NCBI GenBank assembly: GCA_016201205.1
Contig: JACQDF010000049.1
Location: 4,401-68,400 of the forward strand
DNA: 64,000 nucleotides
Reading direction: 5' to 3'
Source of the DNA: Acidobacteriota bacterium
GTDB lineage: Bacteria; Acidobacteriota; Terriglobia; Bryobacterales; Bryobacteraceae
A model generated the notes under the pieces. The model was not told the origin of the DNA. It was given only the letters and a program-made list of their open reading frames with translations, and did no database searches. Positions 46,818-57,282 of this stretch are shown in pieces; within the stretch, counting starts at the first letter, position 1, and the number at the start of each line of letters is the position of its first letter. A program made the position numbers and the translations under genes.

Positions 46818-49550
46818 CTACGCCGTGCGCATTGCCTCCGTCTTGTCCCCGCTGATCGCCGCCTGCGCAGCCGCCAGCCGGGCGATCGGCACCCGGTAGG
46901 GCGAGCAGCTCACGTAATTCATGCCGGCGCGAAAGCAGAACTCGACCGAGCTCGGCTCGCCGCCGTGCTCGCCGCAGATCCCCACTTCGAGATCCGGCCG
47001 CGACCGGCGACCCAGCTCGACCGCCATCTTCACAAGCTTGCCCACGCCTTCCTGGTCCAGCACGGCGAACGGATCCGCCTTGAAGATCTTCTTCTGTTCG
47101 TAATCCTTCGAGAACTTCGTGTAGTCGTCGCGCGACAGGCCCATGGTGGTCTGCGTCAGGTCGTTGGTGCCGAAGCTGAAAAACTCCGCTTCCTTGGCCA
47201 CCTGGTCGGCCGTCAGCGCCGCACGCGGGATCTCGATCATCGTGCCGATCATGTAGTGCAGATTCTTCATGCCTGCTTTGGCCAGCACTTCCTCGGCGAC
47301 CCGCTTGACGATCGCCTTCTGATGTTCCAGTTCCTGCACGCCGCCCACCAGCGGGATCATGACTTCCGGAATCACCTTGACGCCCTTGCCGGCCACCTGC
47401 ACGGCCGCCTCGAAAATCGCCCGCGCCTGCATCTCGGTGATCTCCGGATACGTGATGCCGAGCCGGCAGCCGCGATGGCCGAGCATCGGATTGAACTCGT
47501 GCAGTTGCTCGACGCGCTTCAGCAGCTCGGGCAGCCTCTTCTTCAGATCGGCCGCTTTCATCCGGTAGCGCGCCGCCATTTCCTTCCTGGCGGCCGCGTC
47601 CGCGCCAGGCAGCTTCGCAAGATCCACCATCAACTCTTCGCGCTTGGGCACGAACTCGTGCAGAGGCGGATCGAGCGTGCGGATCACGACCGGGAAGCCA
47701 TCCATCGCTTTGAACAGCCCGGCGAAGTCGGCCCGCTGCATGGGCAGCAGCCTGGCCAGCGCTTTTCGGCGGTCTTTCTCATTGTCGGAAAGGATCATCG
47801 CCTGCACGTGCGGCAGCCGGTCTTCGCCGAAGAACATGTGCTCCGTGCGGCACAGCCCGATGCCTTCAGCGCCGAACTTGCGAGCGGCTTTTGCGTCCCG
47901 CGGAATGTCGGCGTTCGCCCGAACGCCGAAGCTGCCGCGGAACTCATCGGCCCAGCCCATGAACCCGGCCAGATAGCCGGACGTGGGATCGGCTTCCCTG
48001 GTCGCCGCCTGGCCCGAGTAGATATCGCCGGTGCCGCCATCGATCGAGAGCCAGTCGCCCTCCTTCAGCGTGACCTTCCTGCCGTCAGCGCTCACCGACA
48101 GCGAGCGGCCGCGCTCGTCCACCTGCATCATTTCCGCACCGGCCACGCACGGCGTGCCCATGCCGCGGGCAACGACGGCAGCGTGGCTTGTCATTCCTCC
48201 GCGCGAGGTGAGAATGCCTTTCGAGACCTCCATGCCGTGGATATCGTCGGGCACGGTTTCCTTGCGCACCAGGATCACCGGCCCGTTCGCCGACTGCTCG
48301 ACCGCATCCTCAGCCGTGAACACGATCCTGCCCACCGCCGCGCCCGGTGACGCGGGCAAGCCCCTGCCCAGCCTGGCCAGCGACTTAAGCGATTTGACAT
48401 CGAGCGTCGGGTGCAGCAACTGGTCCAGTTGCGAAGGGTCTACGCGAAGGACCGCGTCTTTCTTGTTGATGAGCCCCTCGCGCACCATATCGACAGCGAT
48501 CCGCACCGCCGCCGGCCCCGTTCGCTTGCCGTTGCGCGTCTGCAGCATGTAGAGCTTGTTTTCCTGGACGGTGAATTCGAAGTCCTGCACATCGCGGTAA
48601 TGCTTCTCGAGCATCGCCGTGATCTCGCGCAACTGCTGATAGACCTCGGGCATCACGGTTTCCAGTTCGGCGATCGGACGCGGCGTGCGGATGCCGGCGA
48701 CCACGTCTTCGCCTTGCGCGTTGACGAGAAACTCGCCGTAAAAAACCCTCTCTCCCGTGGCCGGATTGCGCGTGAAGCCCACGCCGGTGGCCGACGTCTC
48801 TCCGAGGTTGCCGAACACCATCGCCTGGACATTCACCGCGGTGCCCAAATCATCGGGAATCTTGTTCATCCGGCGGTAGTGAATGGCGCGGTCGTTGTTC
48901 CAGGAGCGGAAGACAGCGTCGCGGGCCATCTCGAGCTGCCGCCGCGCGTCCTGCGGAAAATCCCTGCCGGTCTTTTTCTTCACGAGCTGCTTATAGCCGG
49001 CGATGACCGCCAGCCAGTCGGAGGCGTCGAGGTCCGTGTCCAGCCTGGCGCGCGCTTTCTTCTTGCGCGCTTCGATGAGGCGCTCGAATTCGTTCTTTTC
49101 AATCTCCAGGACAACGCTGCCGAACATCTGGATGAAGCGGCGGTAGCAGTCGCAGGCAAAGCGGTCGCCGCCTTTGCCGGCCAGCGACAGCGCCGTCTCG
49201 TCGTTCAGGCCGAGGTTGAGGATGGTGTCCATCATGCCGGGCATCGAGAACTTGGCGCCGCTGCGGACGCTGACCAGCAGCGGGTTTCCGGGGTCTCCCA
49301 GCTTCTGTCCCATCCGGCCTTCGAGCATCCCGAGCGCTTTGTACATCTGCCCGTTGATCTCTTCCGGAACGCGGTTGCCTGCCTCGAAATAAAGATTCGA
49401 GACCTGGCAGGCAATGGTGAAGCCGGGAGGAACCGGCACGCCAGCGCGGCTCATCTCCGCAAGCCCGGCGCCTTTGCCGCCGAGGATGTCTTTCATTTTG
49501 CCGTCGCCGTCGGCCGTGCCGCCGCCGAACGAATACACGTATTTCTTCAT
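46818..49550 (-). CDS. ppdK: Pyruvate, phosphate dikinase
   Basis: MKKYVYSFGGG...GGKGAGLAEM..., GGMTSHAAVVARG (phospho-His) and a C-terminal PEP-utilising TIM barrel. Confidence 0.95.
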   Translation of the reverse strand: MKKYVYSFGGGTADGDGKMKDILGGKGAGLAEMSRAGVPVPPGFTIACQVSNLYFEAGNRVPEEINGQMYKALGMLEGRMGQKLGDPGNPLLVSVRSGAKFSMPGMMDTILNLGLNDETALSLAGKGGDRFACDCYRRFIQMFGSVVLEIEKNEFERLIEARKKKARARLDTDLDASDWLAVIAGYKQLVKKKTGRDFPQDARRQLEMARDAVFRSWNNDRAIHYRRMNKIPDDLGTAVNVQAMVFGNLGETSATGVGFTRNPATGERVFYGEFLVNAQGEDVVAGIRTPRPIAELETVMPEVYQQLREITAMLEKHYRDVQDFEFTVQENKLYMLQTRNGKRTGPAAVRIAVDMVREGLINKKDAVLRVDPSQLDQLLHPTLDVKSLKSLARLGRGLPASPGAAVGRIVFTAEDAVEQSANGPVILVRKETVPDDIHGMEVSKGILTSRGGMTSHAAVVARGMGTPCVAGAEMMQVDERGRSLSVSADGRKVTLKEGDWLSIDGGTGDIYSGQAATREADPTSGYLAGFMGWADEFRGSFGVRANADIPRDAKAARKFGAEGIGLCRTEHMFFGEDRLPHVQAMILSDNEKDRRKALARLLPMQRADFAGLFKAMDGFPVVIRTLDPPLHEFVPKREELMVDLAKLPGADAAARKEMAARYRMKAADLKKRLPELLKRVEQLHEFNPMLGHRGCRLGITYPEITEMQARAIFEAAVQVAGKGVKVIPEVMIPLVGGVQELEHQKAIVKRVAEEVLAKAGMKNLHYMIGTMIEIPRAALTADQVAKEAEFFSFGTNDLTQTTMGLSRDDYTKFSKDYEQKKIFKADPFAVLDQEGVGKLVKMAVELGRRSRPDLEVGICGEHGGEPSSVEFCFRAGMNYVSCSPYRVPIARLAAAQAAISGDKTEAMRTA

Positions 49551-51550
49551 ATGTGAGCATCTCCTGATGAACTGGCAACAATCTCCGAAAAGTCAGCGAT
49601 CGAGGAAAACTCCGTGAGCAGGTTGGCCAGAAGCGTGAGACGGTTGCGCCGCACCTTCTCGTCGGGCGCGTTGACGAGCACCTTGTCAAAGAAAAGGTCC
49701 ACCCGCGGGCGGATTCGTGCGATTTCTTCCAGCGCCGCCTGATAAGCCAGGCTTTGGATCGTGTCGCGGACGTGGCGGAAGCCGTCGTGAAGCTCGCGCT
49801 CCGGCCCGCCTTCCAGCAGCGCCTCGTTCACCGCTCCGCCTTCATAAAAGTCCGCCTGCCGCAGGATGTTCTTGATGCGCTTGAAGCTGGCGGCCAGCGG
49901 CTCGAAGTGCTCCGTGGGGCGGACGGCCTGCAACGCCGCCAGCCTCTCGGCCACGTCGGGTAAGTCGTCGCAGCCGGCGGTCAGCACGGCGTTGACTTCG
50001 TCGTAGGCGTAGCCGCGAACATCGCGGAAATAGTAGCGGACGCGGTCGACAAGGAATTCGCTCAACGCGGCGTCGCCGGCGGCGACTTTGGCCAGCGGGA
50101 ACTGAATCCCGCCTTCCACCAGAATCTTTACAATGCCCTGCGCGGCCCGCCGCAGCGCAAACGGGTCCTTCGAACCGCTTGGAATCATGCCGATGGCGAA
50201 GCAGCCGCGGAGCGTGTCGATCTTATCCGCCAACGCAACGATCCGCCCTTCCGCCGTCGAAGGAATCGCGTCCTCCATGCCGGCCGGCTTGTAGTGATCA
50301 TAGATGGCCTTGGCCACCGCTTCCGGTTCGCCTTGCGCGCTCGCGTACAGCCCGCCAACCACGCCTTCGAGCTCGGTGAACTCCTTCACCATTTCCGTCG
50401 CCAGGTCGCACTTGGAAAGCAACGCCGCCCGCTCGGCGTCCGCGTTGCCGCCCAGTTCCTTGACCAGCGCCACCATGCGATTCGTCTTATCAAGATACGA
50501 GCCCAGCCGCGCCTGAAACGTAACATGGGCAAGATCCGGCACGCGATCCGCCAGCTTCTTCGGTTGATCGAATTCCCAGAAGAAACGCGCGTCATTGAAC
50601 CGCGCGCTCAGCACGCGCTCATTGCCGCGCCGCACCATGCCTTCCGGATCACCGGCGATGTTCATGACGGCGAGGAAATGCGGCGCCAGCTTGCCGCCCG
50701 CATCCAGCACCGAGAAATACTTCTGGTGATGGCGCATCACCGTGATGAGCACCTCTTCCGGCAGCGTCAGGTAGCCGGGATCAAAGCTGCCGAGGATCGG
50801 CGTCGGGTATTCGGTCAGATAGACGAGCGTATCCAGAAGCGCATCGTCGCTCTTGATGTGTACATTGATGCCGCTCAGAATGCGCTCGCGGCGTCTGGTC
50901 GAAGACACGAGGACGCCATTGGCGGCGAGCTGCTGCTCGTAATTGCCGGCGTGCACGGGAAAACATCCCGAGCCCATGCCGCGGTGGCCCATGGTCTTAT
51001 TGCCGGAATGGACGCCCGCCAGCTCGAACGGAATCACCTCTTCGCCCAGCACAGCCACCAGCCAGCGGATGGGCCGGATGAAGCGCGGCCCGTTCTTCCC
51101 GGTCCAGTACATCGTCTTGGGAAAGTAGATCTTCAGAATCAGCTCCGGGAGCTCGACGGCGAGGATGTCCTTCGCGGCGCAGCCTTCGACCTTCCTGAGC
51201 GCCGCCACATATTCGCCTTTCGGCGTCGCTTCGATGCGAAGCTGCCCGACGTCGACGCTGTTCTTCCTGGCAAAGCCCACGGCCGCCGCGGTGGGCTTGC
51301 CGTCTTTGAACGCAGCCGCTTTCGGCGGGCCCATCACGAGCTGTTCGCTGTCGGCCTGGCGCGCAAGCACTTCGTCGATGATGAGGGCGATCCGGCGCGG
51401 AGTCGCGTCGGCGAAACGCGTCGTGCCTCCCAGCTTCTGCTCGCCGAGCATGCCTGTCACCAGATCGCGAAAATTCTCCACCGCCGGGCGGATCATCCAA
51501 TCAGGGATCTCTTCCGTGCCGATCTCCACCAGCAGGGCAAGCGCGCCCAT
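49547..51550 (-). CDS. glyS: Glycine--tRNA ligase beta subunit
   Basis: The start at 51550 ([16 protein letters not shown]) overlaps the glyQ stop by 1 nt. There is an ATGA-type overlap with the ppdK start. Confidence 0.9.
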   Translation of the reverse strand: MGALALLVEIGTEEIPDWMIRPAVENFRDLVTGMLGEQKLGGTTRFADATPRRIALIIDEVLARQADSEQLVMGPPKAAAFKDGKPTAAAVGFARKNSVDVGQLRIEATPKGEYVAALRKVEGCAAKDILAVELPELILKIYFPKTMYWTGKNGPRFIRPIRWLVAVLGEEVIPFELAGVHSGNKTMGHRGMGSGCFPVHAGNYEQQLAANGVLVSSTRRRERILSGINVHIKSDDALLDTLVYLTEYPTPILGSFDPGYLTLPEEVLITVMRHHQKYFSVLDAGGKLAPHFLAVMNIAGDPEGMVRRGNERVLSARFNDARFFWEFDQPKKLADRVPDLAHVTFQARLGSYLDKTNRMVALVKELGGNADAERAALLSKCDLATEMVKEFTELEGVVGGLYASAQGEPEAVAKAIYDHYKPAGMEDAIPSTAEGRIVALADKIDTLRGCFAIGMIPSGSKDPFALRRAAQGIVKILVEGGIQFPLAKVAAGDAALSEFLVDRVRYYFRDVRGYAYDEVNAVLTAGCDDLPDVAERLAALQAVRPTEHFEPLAASFKRIKNILRQADFYEGGAVNEALLEGGPERELHDGFRHVRDTIQSLAYQAALEEIARIRPRVDLFFDKVLVNAPDEKVRRNRLTLLANLLTEFSSIADFSEIVASSSGDAHI

Positions 51551-52443
51551 TAAGCTGCCTCCTCGCCTGTGGAAGCATTCTGCTCGATCCACAGCCCGGC
51601 CACGCCAACCGCCAGCTTGCGCACCCGCCCGATCACACCGACGCGCTCGGTGACGCTGATCGCGCCTCGCGAGTCCAGCAGGTTAAACAGATTCGAGCAC
51701 TTCAGCACCTGGTCGTAGGCCGCAAGCACCGGAAAACGGCTCTTCTCCGGATAGCTCTTATAGGCGTCCATCAGCCGCCGGCATTCCTTTTCGTGCAATT
51801 CGAACAATTGCCACAGCGTGGGGATGTCGGCCAGCTCGAAGTTGTAGACCGACTGCTGGAGCTCTTCGGCATGCCGCACCTCACGGTACTTCACCTCCCG
51901 GGTCCAGTCGATGTCGAACACGCTGGATTTGTTCTGCAGGAAGGCCACCAGCCGCTCGATGCCGTACGTCAGCTCAGCGGGAACCAGCTCGAGATCGACG
52001 CCCCCGCACTGCTGAAAATAGGTGAATTGCGTGATTTCCAGGCCATCCATCATCACCTGCCAGCCAATGCCCCACGCGCCCAGCGTCGGCGATTCCCAGT
52101 TGTCCTCCTCGAACTTGAGATCGTGTTTGGAGAGCTCGATGCCGATGGCCTCGAGGCTGCCGAGATATTGATCGACGATGTCGGCCGGCGACGGCTTCAG
52201 GATCACCTGAAGCTGCTGGTGCTTGTAAAGCCGGTTCGGGTTCTCGCCATAGCGGCCGTCCGCCGGCCGGCGGCTCGGCTGCACATACGCAACGCGATAC
52301 GGCCGCGGGCCAAGCACGCGCAGAAACGTCTCCGGGCACATGGTGCCGGCGCCGACCTCCACGTCGTAGGGCTCCTGAATGATGCAGCCGCGGTCCGACC
52401 AGTATTGCTTCAGCTTGAAGATTGTTTCCTGGAAAGTGTCCAT
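51550..52443 (-). CDS. glyQ: Glycine--tRNA ligase alpha subunit
   Basis: [17 protein letters not shown]...[18 protein letters not shown]... Confidence 0.95.
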   Translation of the reverse strand: MDTFQETIFKLKQYWSDRGCIIQEPYDVEVGAGTMCPETFLRVLGPRPYRVAYVQPSRRPADGRYGENPNRLYKHQQLQVILKPSPADIVDQYLGSLEAIGIELSKHDLKFEEDNWESPTLGAWGIGWQVMMDGLEITQFTYFQQCGGVDLELVPAELTYGIERLVAFLQNKSSVFDIDWTREVKYREVRHAEELQQSVYNFELADIPTLWQLFELHEKECRRLMDAYKSYPEKSRFPVLAAYDQVLKCSNLFNLLDSRGAISVTERVGVIGRVRKLAVGVAGLWIEQNASTGEEAA

Positions 52444-52458
52444 CGGTCGCTTACAGCT

Positions 52459-53109
52459 TCAGAGGGCTTCGAGCAGCGGCGCGCTTTGCAGGCGCTTTTC
52501 GATCTGCTCCTCGATCAGACGGTGGAGCGTCTGGCGCAGATCGGCCGCCGTCTGCCGCGTCCATTCGCGGGGCGTTAAGTCCTTGATCGGTTTCTCGAAC
52601 ATCTCCTGCGCGATCGCCAGGGACTCGGGACGCACCCGCAGGCCCGGCAAAAACCCCGACAGCCGCACCCCCCAGAGCGCGAAGTACAGCGCCGCCGGCC
52701 AAATGGAGGCGGGCCTCTCCTTTGCGCCCGCCTGCAAGAAATCGAGGACGGCCACCAGCAGACGAAAGAATCGCTCGCTCGGCTCGCCCGGCGGCAGCAG
52801 CTCGTCGGTCACTTCCGCGATGTAGTCCAGCGCGACCCCGGCTTCGTAATTCGCAAGCAGCGAAAACTGCGACCGCATCAGTTCGCACGAATCGAGATTG
52901 ACGAGCTCGCGGTTCTCGCGCTGAAAATAGCTCATCCGCACCAGCGACAGCCGCTCCAGGCCCGCGCCGAAGCTGCTCTTGAGGCGCCGGGCCCGTTTGG
53001 CCACGCCCCGGAGCTTACCCTGGTCCCGGGTGAGGAAGCTGACCACCAGATCCGCTTCTCCAAAGGGATAGGTTCTGAGAACGAATGATTCGCTGACATG
53101 CGCCGGCAT
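52459..53109 (-). CDS. recO: DNA repair protein RecO
   Basis: SESFVLRTYPFGEADLVVSFLTRDQGKLRGVAKRARR... Confidence 0.85.
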   Translation of the reverse strand: MPAHVSESFVLRTYPFGEADLVVSFLTRDQGKLRGVAKRARRLKSSFGAGLERLSLVRMSYFQRENRELVNLDSCELMRSQFSLLANYEAGVALDYIAEVTDELLPPGEPSERFFRLLVAVLDFLQAGAKERPASIWPAALYFALWGVRLSGFLPGLRVRPESLAIAQEMFEKPIKDLTPREWTRQTAADLRQTLHRLIEEQIEKRLQSAPLLEAL

Positions 53110-53169
53110 ACCGGCAACCGGCCAATTCTCAAGAGTATCACAAGGGCACAGCCTGCGTGTTTCCCTCGC

Positions 53170-54429
53170 TCAAAACGCCGCTCCGTAGACGGCCCGCTCG
53201 AACTCGCGCAGCAGTCCCATCGCTTCGCTGTCGCAGAACGGCAAAAACTGCATCAACAGAACGGCGCACACCCCGCGCCTCGGGTCGATCCAGAAGAACG
53301 TGTTGTACAGGCCCGCCCATGCAAGGCTTCCGGCGGACCTGCCGCCTTCGTACGCCGTCGCGTTGATCAGGAATCCGTAACTGAACCCATCCCTGTGGCC
53401 CGGGTGGAAGTCGACGTCGCTGGACCGGTCGGGCCTGACACTCTTCATTTTTCCGGCGCTCAGCTCGCCGATCTGGTTGGACGCCATCTGCTCGACCGAT
53501 CCGGAAGACAGAATCCGTTGCTTGCCGGCGCCCAGCCCGCGTCTCAGAATCATTTGCAGGAAGCGCACGTAGTCCGCGGCGGTCGAGTACAGCCCGCCGC
53601 CGCCGCTGAAGACCTTCGGCGCGGCTGGAGGCGTTCGCGGATTCTCTTTCAGAGATCCATCGCCTTGCCTCTGATGCGTGCTCACCAGACGCTCGAACTT
53701 CTCCGCCGGCAGAATGTATCCGGTGTCCTTCATGCCCAGAGGTTCAAAGACGTTTCGCTGGAAATATTCCTCGAGCGTCTGTCCTGCGATGGCCTCCACC
53801 AGCCGCCCCGTCCAGTCGGTATTAGTGCCGTATTCCCAGCGCGTACCCGGCTCGAACATCAATAGGGGAACTGCCGCGCTTGTGCCGGATGGGGCCGGAG
53901 CAGACTGCTCCGTGTACCGCAGCAGATTCCCGTTCCAATTGGCGTAGGCAAAACCCGCCGTGTGCGTCAGCAGGTGCTTCAGCAGGACCGGCCTGCGAGC
54001 CGGGCGCAGCACCGGCTTACCGGTTTCCTTCTCAAAGCCCTCCAGAACCTGCAACCCGCCCAGTTCGGGAAGATGCCTGGCGACGGGTTCGTCGGGTTTC
54101 AACAATCCCCGCTCGACGAGTTGCATCGCCGCCACCGTGGTGACCGCCTTCGTCATCGAGGCGATTTGGAAGATCGAGCCGGTGGTCGCACCCACTCCGG
54201 AAGTCGAGCCCCGCCCGCCAAACGCGCCCTCATAAATGGTTTTCTCGGCGGCCGCGACCGAGGCGACCGCCGCCGGGATCGCTCTTCGCTTCACGGCCGT
54301 TCGCAAAGTGTCATCCGGACCCGCAGCACCTCGCGGACCCGAAGCGCCTGCCTGTGCGAACGTCATACCGCAGAAGGCTCTGCGTCGCAGCCGCGCACCC
54401 TGATCAAAACCCGGCTGCTTCGATTGCAT
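53170..54429 (-). CDS. Serine hydrolase, beta-lactamase/transpeptidase-like (class C-related) family
   Basis: The SxxK motif is [11 protein letters not shown], with YSTAADY and a HPG region. The start is uncertain (alternative Met at 54366). Confidence 0.8.
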   Translation of the reverse strand: MQSKQPGFDQGARLRRRAFCGMTFAQAGASGPRGAAGPDDTLRTAVKRRAIPAAVASVAAAEKTIYEGAFGGRGSTSGVGATTGSIFQIASMTKAVTTVAAMQLVERGLLKPDEPVARHLPELGGLQVLEGFEKETGKPVLRPARRPVLLKHLLTHTAGFAYANWNGNLLRYTEQSAPAPSGTSAAVPLLMFEPGTRWEYGTNTDWTGRLVEAIAGQTLEEYFQRNVFEPLGMKDTGYILPAEKFERLVSTHQRQGDGSLKENPRTPPAAPKVFSGGGGLYSTAADYVRFLQMILRRGLGAGKQRILSSGSVEQMASNQIGELSAGKMKSVRPDRSSDVDFHPGHRDGFSYGFLINATAYEGGRSAGSLAWAGLYNTFFWIDPRRGVCAVLLMQFLPFCDSEAMGLLREFERAVYGAAF

Positions 54430-54703
54430 AGGACCGCTCCAGATTCTGTTTGATTTCCTCCAGCGTGAACCAGCTCGGCTTGAACTGCCGGCTCGCGTAA
54501 AGCTGCGCCTGGTCGAAATAATGCGGCGAGTGCGGATCGCCGCTCACGCCGAATTGCAGAATGCTCGAGGCGCGCGGGCGCGCTCCGAATTGCACCAGCG
54601 CAACATAGGAATGGCCGGCGACGCCGTAGCGGCGCTTCTGGCCGCCGGCAGTTGCCAGCAGGAGCAATGTTTGCATTGTGATCAACCTTCTGCACAATAA
54701 CAC
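54404..54703 (-). pseudogene. C-terminal remnant (~75-85 aa) of an Ntn-hydrolase acylase (penicillin acylase / PvdQ-AHL-acylase family)
   Basis: [55 protein letters not shown] matches the conserved extreme C-terminus of this ~800-aa family (..S.DP.SPHY.DQ..L...). No upstream part is present. Confidence 0.5.
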
Positions 54704-54711
54704 GTCTTAAA

Positions 54712-55689
54712 ATGAAGACAACCGAGGTGCTTCACATGCCGTTCGCTTTGATTTGGCTCTCCTGCCTTTCCCTGGCCGCCCAGACCATCAAGGAATGGCC
54801 CATGCCCACGCCAAATTCCATGCCGCACTGCGTCGTGGCCGACTCCAAAGGGAGGATCTGGTACGCCGCGATTGGAGCCGACCTCATCGGGCGGTTTGAC
54901 CCGCAGACGGAGGAATTCATCGAGATCAGGATTCCGACGCCGAACGCGAATCCGCACGGCATCGCGGTCAGCCCCGGAGACGTGATCTGGTTCACCGAGC
55001 AAGGCGCCAACAAGATCGGCCGCATCAACCCGGACACGCTGGAAATCACCGAGTTTCCCGTCCCCACGCCTCAAAGCAGCCCGCATACGCCGATCTACGA
55101 CAACCAGGGCGCCATCTGGTTCACCGAGCAGTCCGGCAACCGCATCGGGCGGCTGCATATCGAGTCGGGATACATCGAAGAATTCGTGATTCCGACCCCG
55201 AACTCCGGCCCGTACGGCATCATCGCCGACAAGGACGGGAACGGGTGGTTCTGCTCGTTCGGCATCGGGTCGAACCGCATCGGACGCATCGATGCGCGAA
55301 CCGTCGAGATCAAGGAGTACCGCACACCGAGCGTGAATTCAGGGCCGCGCCGCCCGTCGATCGATTCCAAGGGCCGGATCTGGCTAACGCTGAACCGCGG
55401 CAATATGCTGGCGGTGTTCGACCCGGCAACCGGGGAATTCAAGGAATGGAACACCCCGACCGAGGATGGGCAGCCCTACGGGATCGTCGTCGATCAGAAC
55501 GACAAGGTCTGGTACAACGAGTTTGTCGGCAATACGATCGTCAAGTTCGACCCCGAGACAGAGCAGTTCTCGGTCACCCCGCATCCGAATCCACGGGCCA
55601 ACGTGCGCATTGTGGCGGTGGACTCGCAGGGACGGATCTGGTACGGGAACAATCGCGAGAGCAAGATCGGCGTGCTGATTCCCGAGTAG
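54712..55689 (+). CDS. Vgb-like (streptogramin-lyase-type) beta-propeller protein, secreted
   Basis: 325 aa with a signal peptide. Repeated blades read P.GI..D..G.IWFTE...N.IGR.D..T.E..E. An alternative start is at 54736. Confidence 0.65.
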   Translation: MKTTEVLHMPFALIWLSCLSLAAQTIKEWPMPTPNSMPHCVVADSKGRIWYAAIGADLIGRFDPQTEEFIEIRIPTPNANPHGIAVSPGDVIWFTEQGANKIGRINPDTLEITEFPVPTPQSSPHTPIYDNQGAIWFTEQSGNRIGRLHIESGYIEEFVIPTPNSGPYGIIADKDGNGWFCSFGIGSNRIGRIDARTVEIKEYRTPSVNSGPRRPSIDSKGRIWLTLNRGNMLAVFDPATGEFKEWNTPTEDGQPYGIVVDQNDKVWYNEFVGNTIVKFDPETEQFSVTPHPNPRANVRIVAVDSQGRIWYGNNRESKIGVLIPE

Positions 55690-55793
55690 CGGCGGACCAA
55701 AGCCATCGGTGCGCCCGGCTGCCCAACTGACTCGGCGCCCTCTCCATGGGGTGTTAGGATGGCATCAGCGGCTGCACACCACGGCTGCGCCCC

Positions 55794-56612
55794 ATGAACC
55801 GCCATCGACTGGAAGCCAACCTCGAGCAGCTTTGCGCCGACTTGGTGTCCTACGCCGAGAAAAAGAGAATCGCAGTCCCCAACCCGGTTCCGGGTGAAGC
55901 GGCGAGGCTGAGCAAAGTCTTGTACCTGGCGCACTCGACTTCCACTGCGAACTTCCTCGCCATCTGCACGAACGGACGCGTGCTGTCGAAGGCTCAACTT
56001 GCCGCCTCGGGCCAATTGACGCTGAGGGCGAATTCCGCGGAAGTAACGTTGGGCACCGCCGATGCCGTATTCTTCTACCTCGCGCCGTTTCGATATCCAG
56101 CCACCAGTGCCGGCTTGCTGTTCGCGCACACTCTGGAAGAGGATCGTCGCCATGACGGCGTAGCCACTCCGTTCGATTCCGGCGGACTTGTCCACATATT
56201 CACGCGCCATGATCCAGCGGAATCCCCACGCCAATTCCTCTCGCGTCACCAGTTGCCGATCCCCGATCACCGCGACTATCTCGGGCGTTCCCTCAGCGTT
56301 TTGTTTCACTCACCGGCGGACTACCTCGACGGTAAGGAACCTCGGTGGCCGGGCCCGATTGGTCTGACCGGGGGAGATCAGCGGCGGTGGACACACGAGG
56401 TGCGGATTCCATCGCAGGTCTGGGTTCGGACCGGACATTTGCAGGCCGTCTTCGCCCCCACGGCCCTGGTTGCCGACAGTGAGGTCGAGCGTCTCTTGAG
56501 CTGGTGCGAAAGCCAGGGTGTGGACCTCATCACCTTTGACACCCCTGGCAATAGCGGCTTCGAAACGCTACAGCGAGAGTGTCTCGATTATATTCGCCGA
56601 AAGCTACAATAG
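55794..56612 (+). CDS. Hypothetical protein (first gene of the second KGGVGR locus), with a weak ART-fold-like motif order
   Basis: 272-aa ORF in a lower-GC stretch. The ordered motifs are VLYLAHSTSTANFLAICTNGRVLS, ADAVFFYLAP and RRWTHEVRIPSQVWV. I recognise no family. Confidence 0.55.
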   Translation: MNRHRLEANLEQLCADLVSYAEKKRIAVPNPVPGEAARLSKVLYLAHSTSTANFLAICTNGRVLSKAQLAASGQLTLRANSAEVTLGTADAVFFYLAPFRYPATSAGLLFAHTLEEDRRHDGVATPFDSGGLVHIFTRHDPAESPRQFLSRHQLPIPDHRDYLGRSLSVLFHSPADYLDGKEPRWPGPIGLTGGDQRRWTHEVRIPSQVWVRTGHLQAVFAPTALVADSEVERLLSWCESQGVDLITFDTPGNSGFETLQRECLDYIRRKLQ

Positions 56613-56619
56613 TCTTCTT

Positions 56620-57276
56620 ATGCGAACACCCTGGAACTTGGATGACCTGGAAGTCATTGGGTACGCGAATGTTCTGACCGAATCCACGCTGCCTTCCATT
56701 GTGCCTCCCGTGTTCCGTTTAAAGGCCGATCACACGAGGGCCTTCCTTCCTCCGTTTTCGATTAGTGAGGGTTTCTTATGGAACGCCACGGAAGTACCGG
56801 TGACTGAACTTGAGGAGCTCAGGGACGCTTCCGAGATCACGCTTTTCCACAGCGCATTCCCCGCTCAGGGTGATTACGAGCTCTGGGTTGATCAGGCTTT
56901 TGAGTACCATTACCAGCCGTCCGGTGACGCTAGGCAAGCCCTGAGCCGTATCGCGGCGGAAAGCATCGGCAACGCGGAGGCCGCGCTGGCGCGAGGTGAC
57001 ATTGAAGAAGCGGATCGTCTCAGCGGTGTCGCCATCTCGGCGGATTCCAGGCGAGTGGAACCGCTGGCGATCAAAGCAGCCATCAGGCGGATGAAGAAGG
57101 ACGCCAACGCCGAACATCTGATGGCCAAACTGGCCGCGCGTGCATTGGACGAGGGGTCGTTCGCACTCCTGGTGGGGGGCTACTGCCGGATGACCCAAGC
57201 GAAATCTGCGCCAGTGATGCATCAATTGCCGGCTCAAAGTGCAATGTGTGGAATGGCCGCGTTGTCGGTGAACTAA
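56620..57276 (+). CDS. Hypothetical protein (second gene of the locus)
   Basis: ATG 56620 lies 7 nt after the upstream stop (MRTPWNLDDLEVIGYANV...). The track ORF from 56518 overlaps the upstream gene. The C-terminal half is helical (AEAALARGDIEEADRL...). Confidence 0.5.
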   Translation: MRTPWNLDDLEVIGYANVLTESTLPSIVPPVFRLKADHTRAFLPPFSISEGFLWNATEVPVTELEELRDASEITLFHSAFPAQGDYELWVDQAFEYHYQPSGDARQALSRIAAESIGNAEAALARGDIEEADRLSGVAISADSRRVEPLAIKAAIRRMKKDANAEHLMAKLAARALDEGSFALLVGGYCRMTQAKSAPVMHQLPAQSAMCGMAALSVN

Positions 57277-57282
57277 ACCTTA

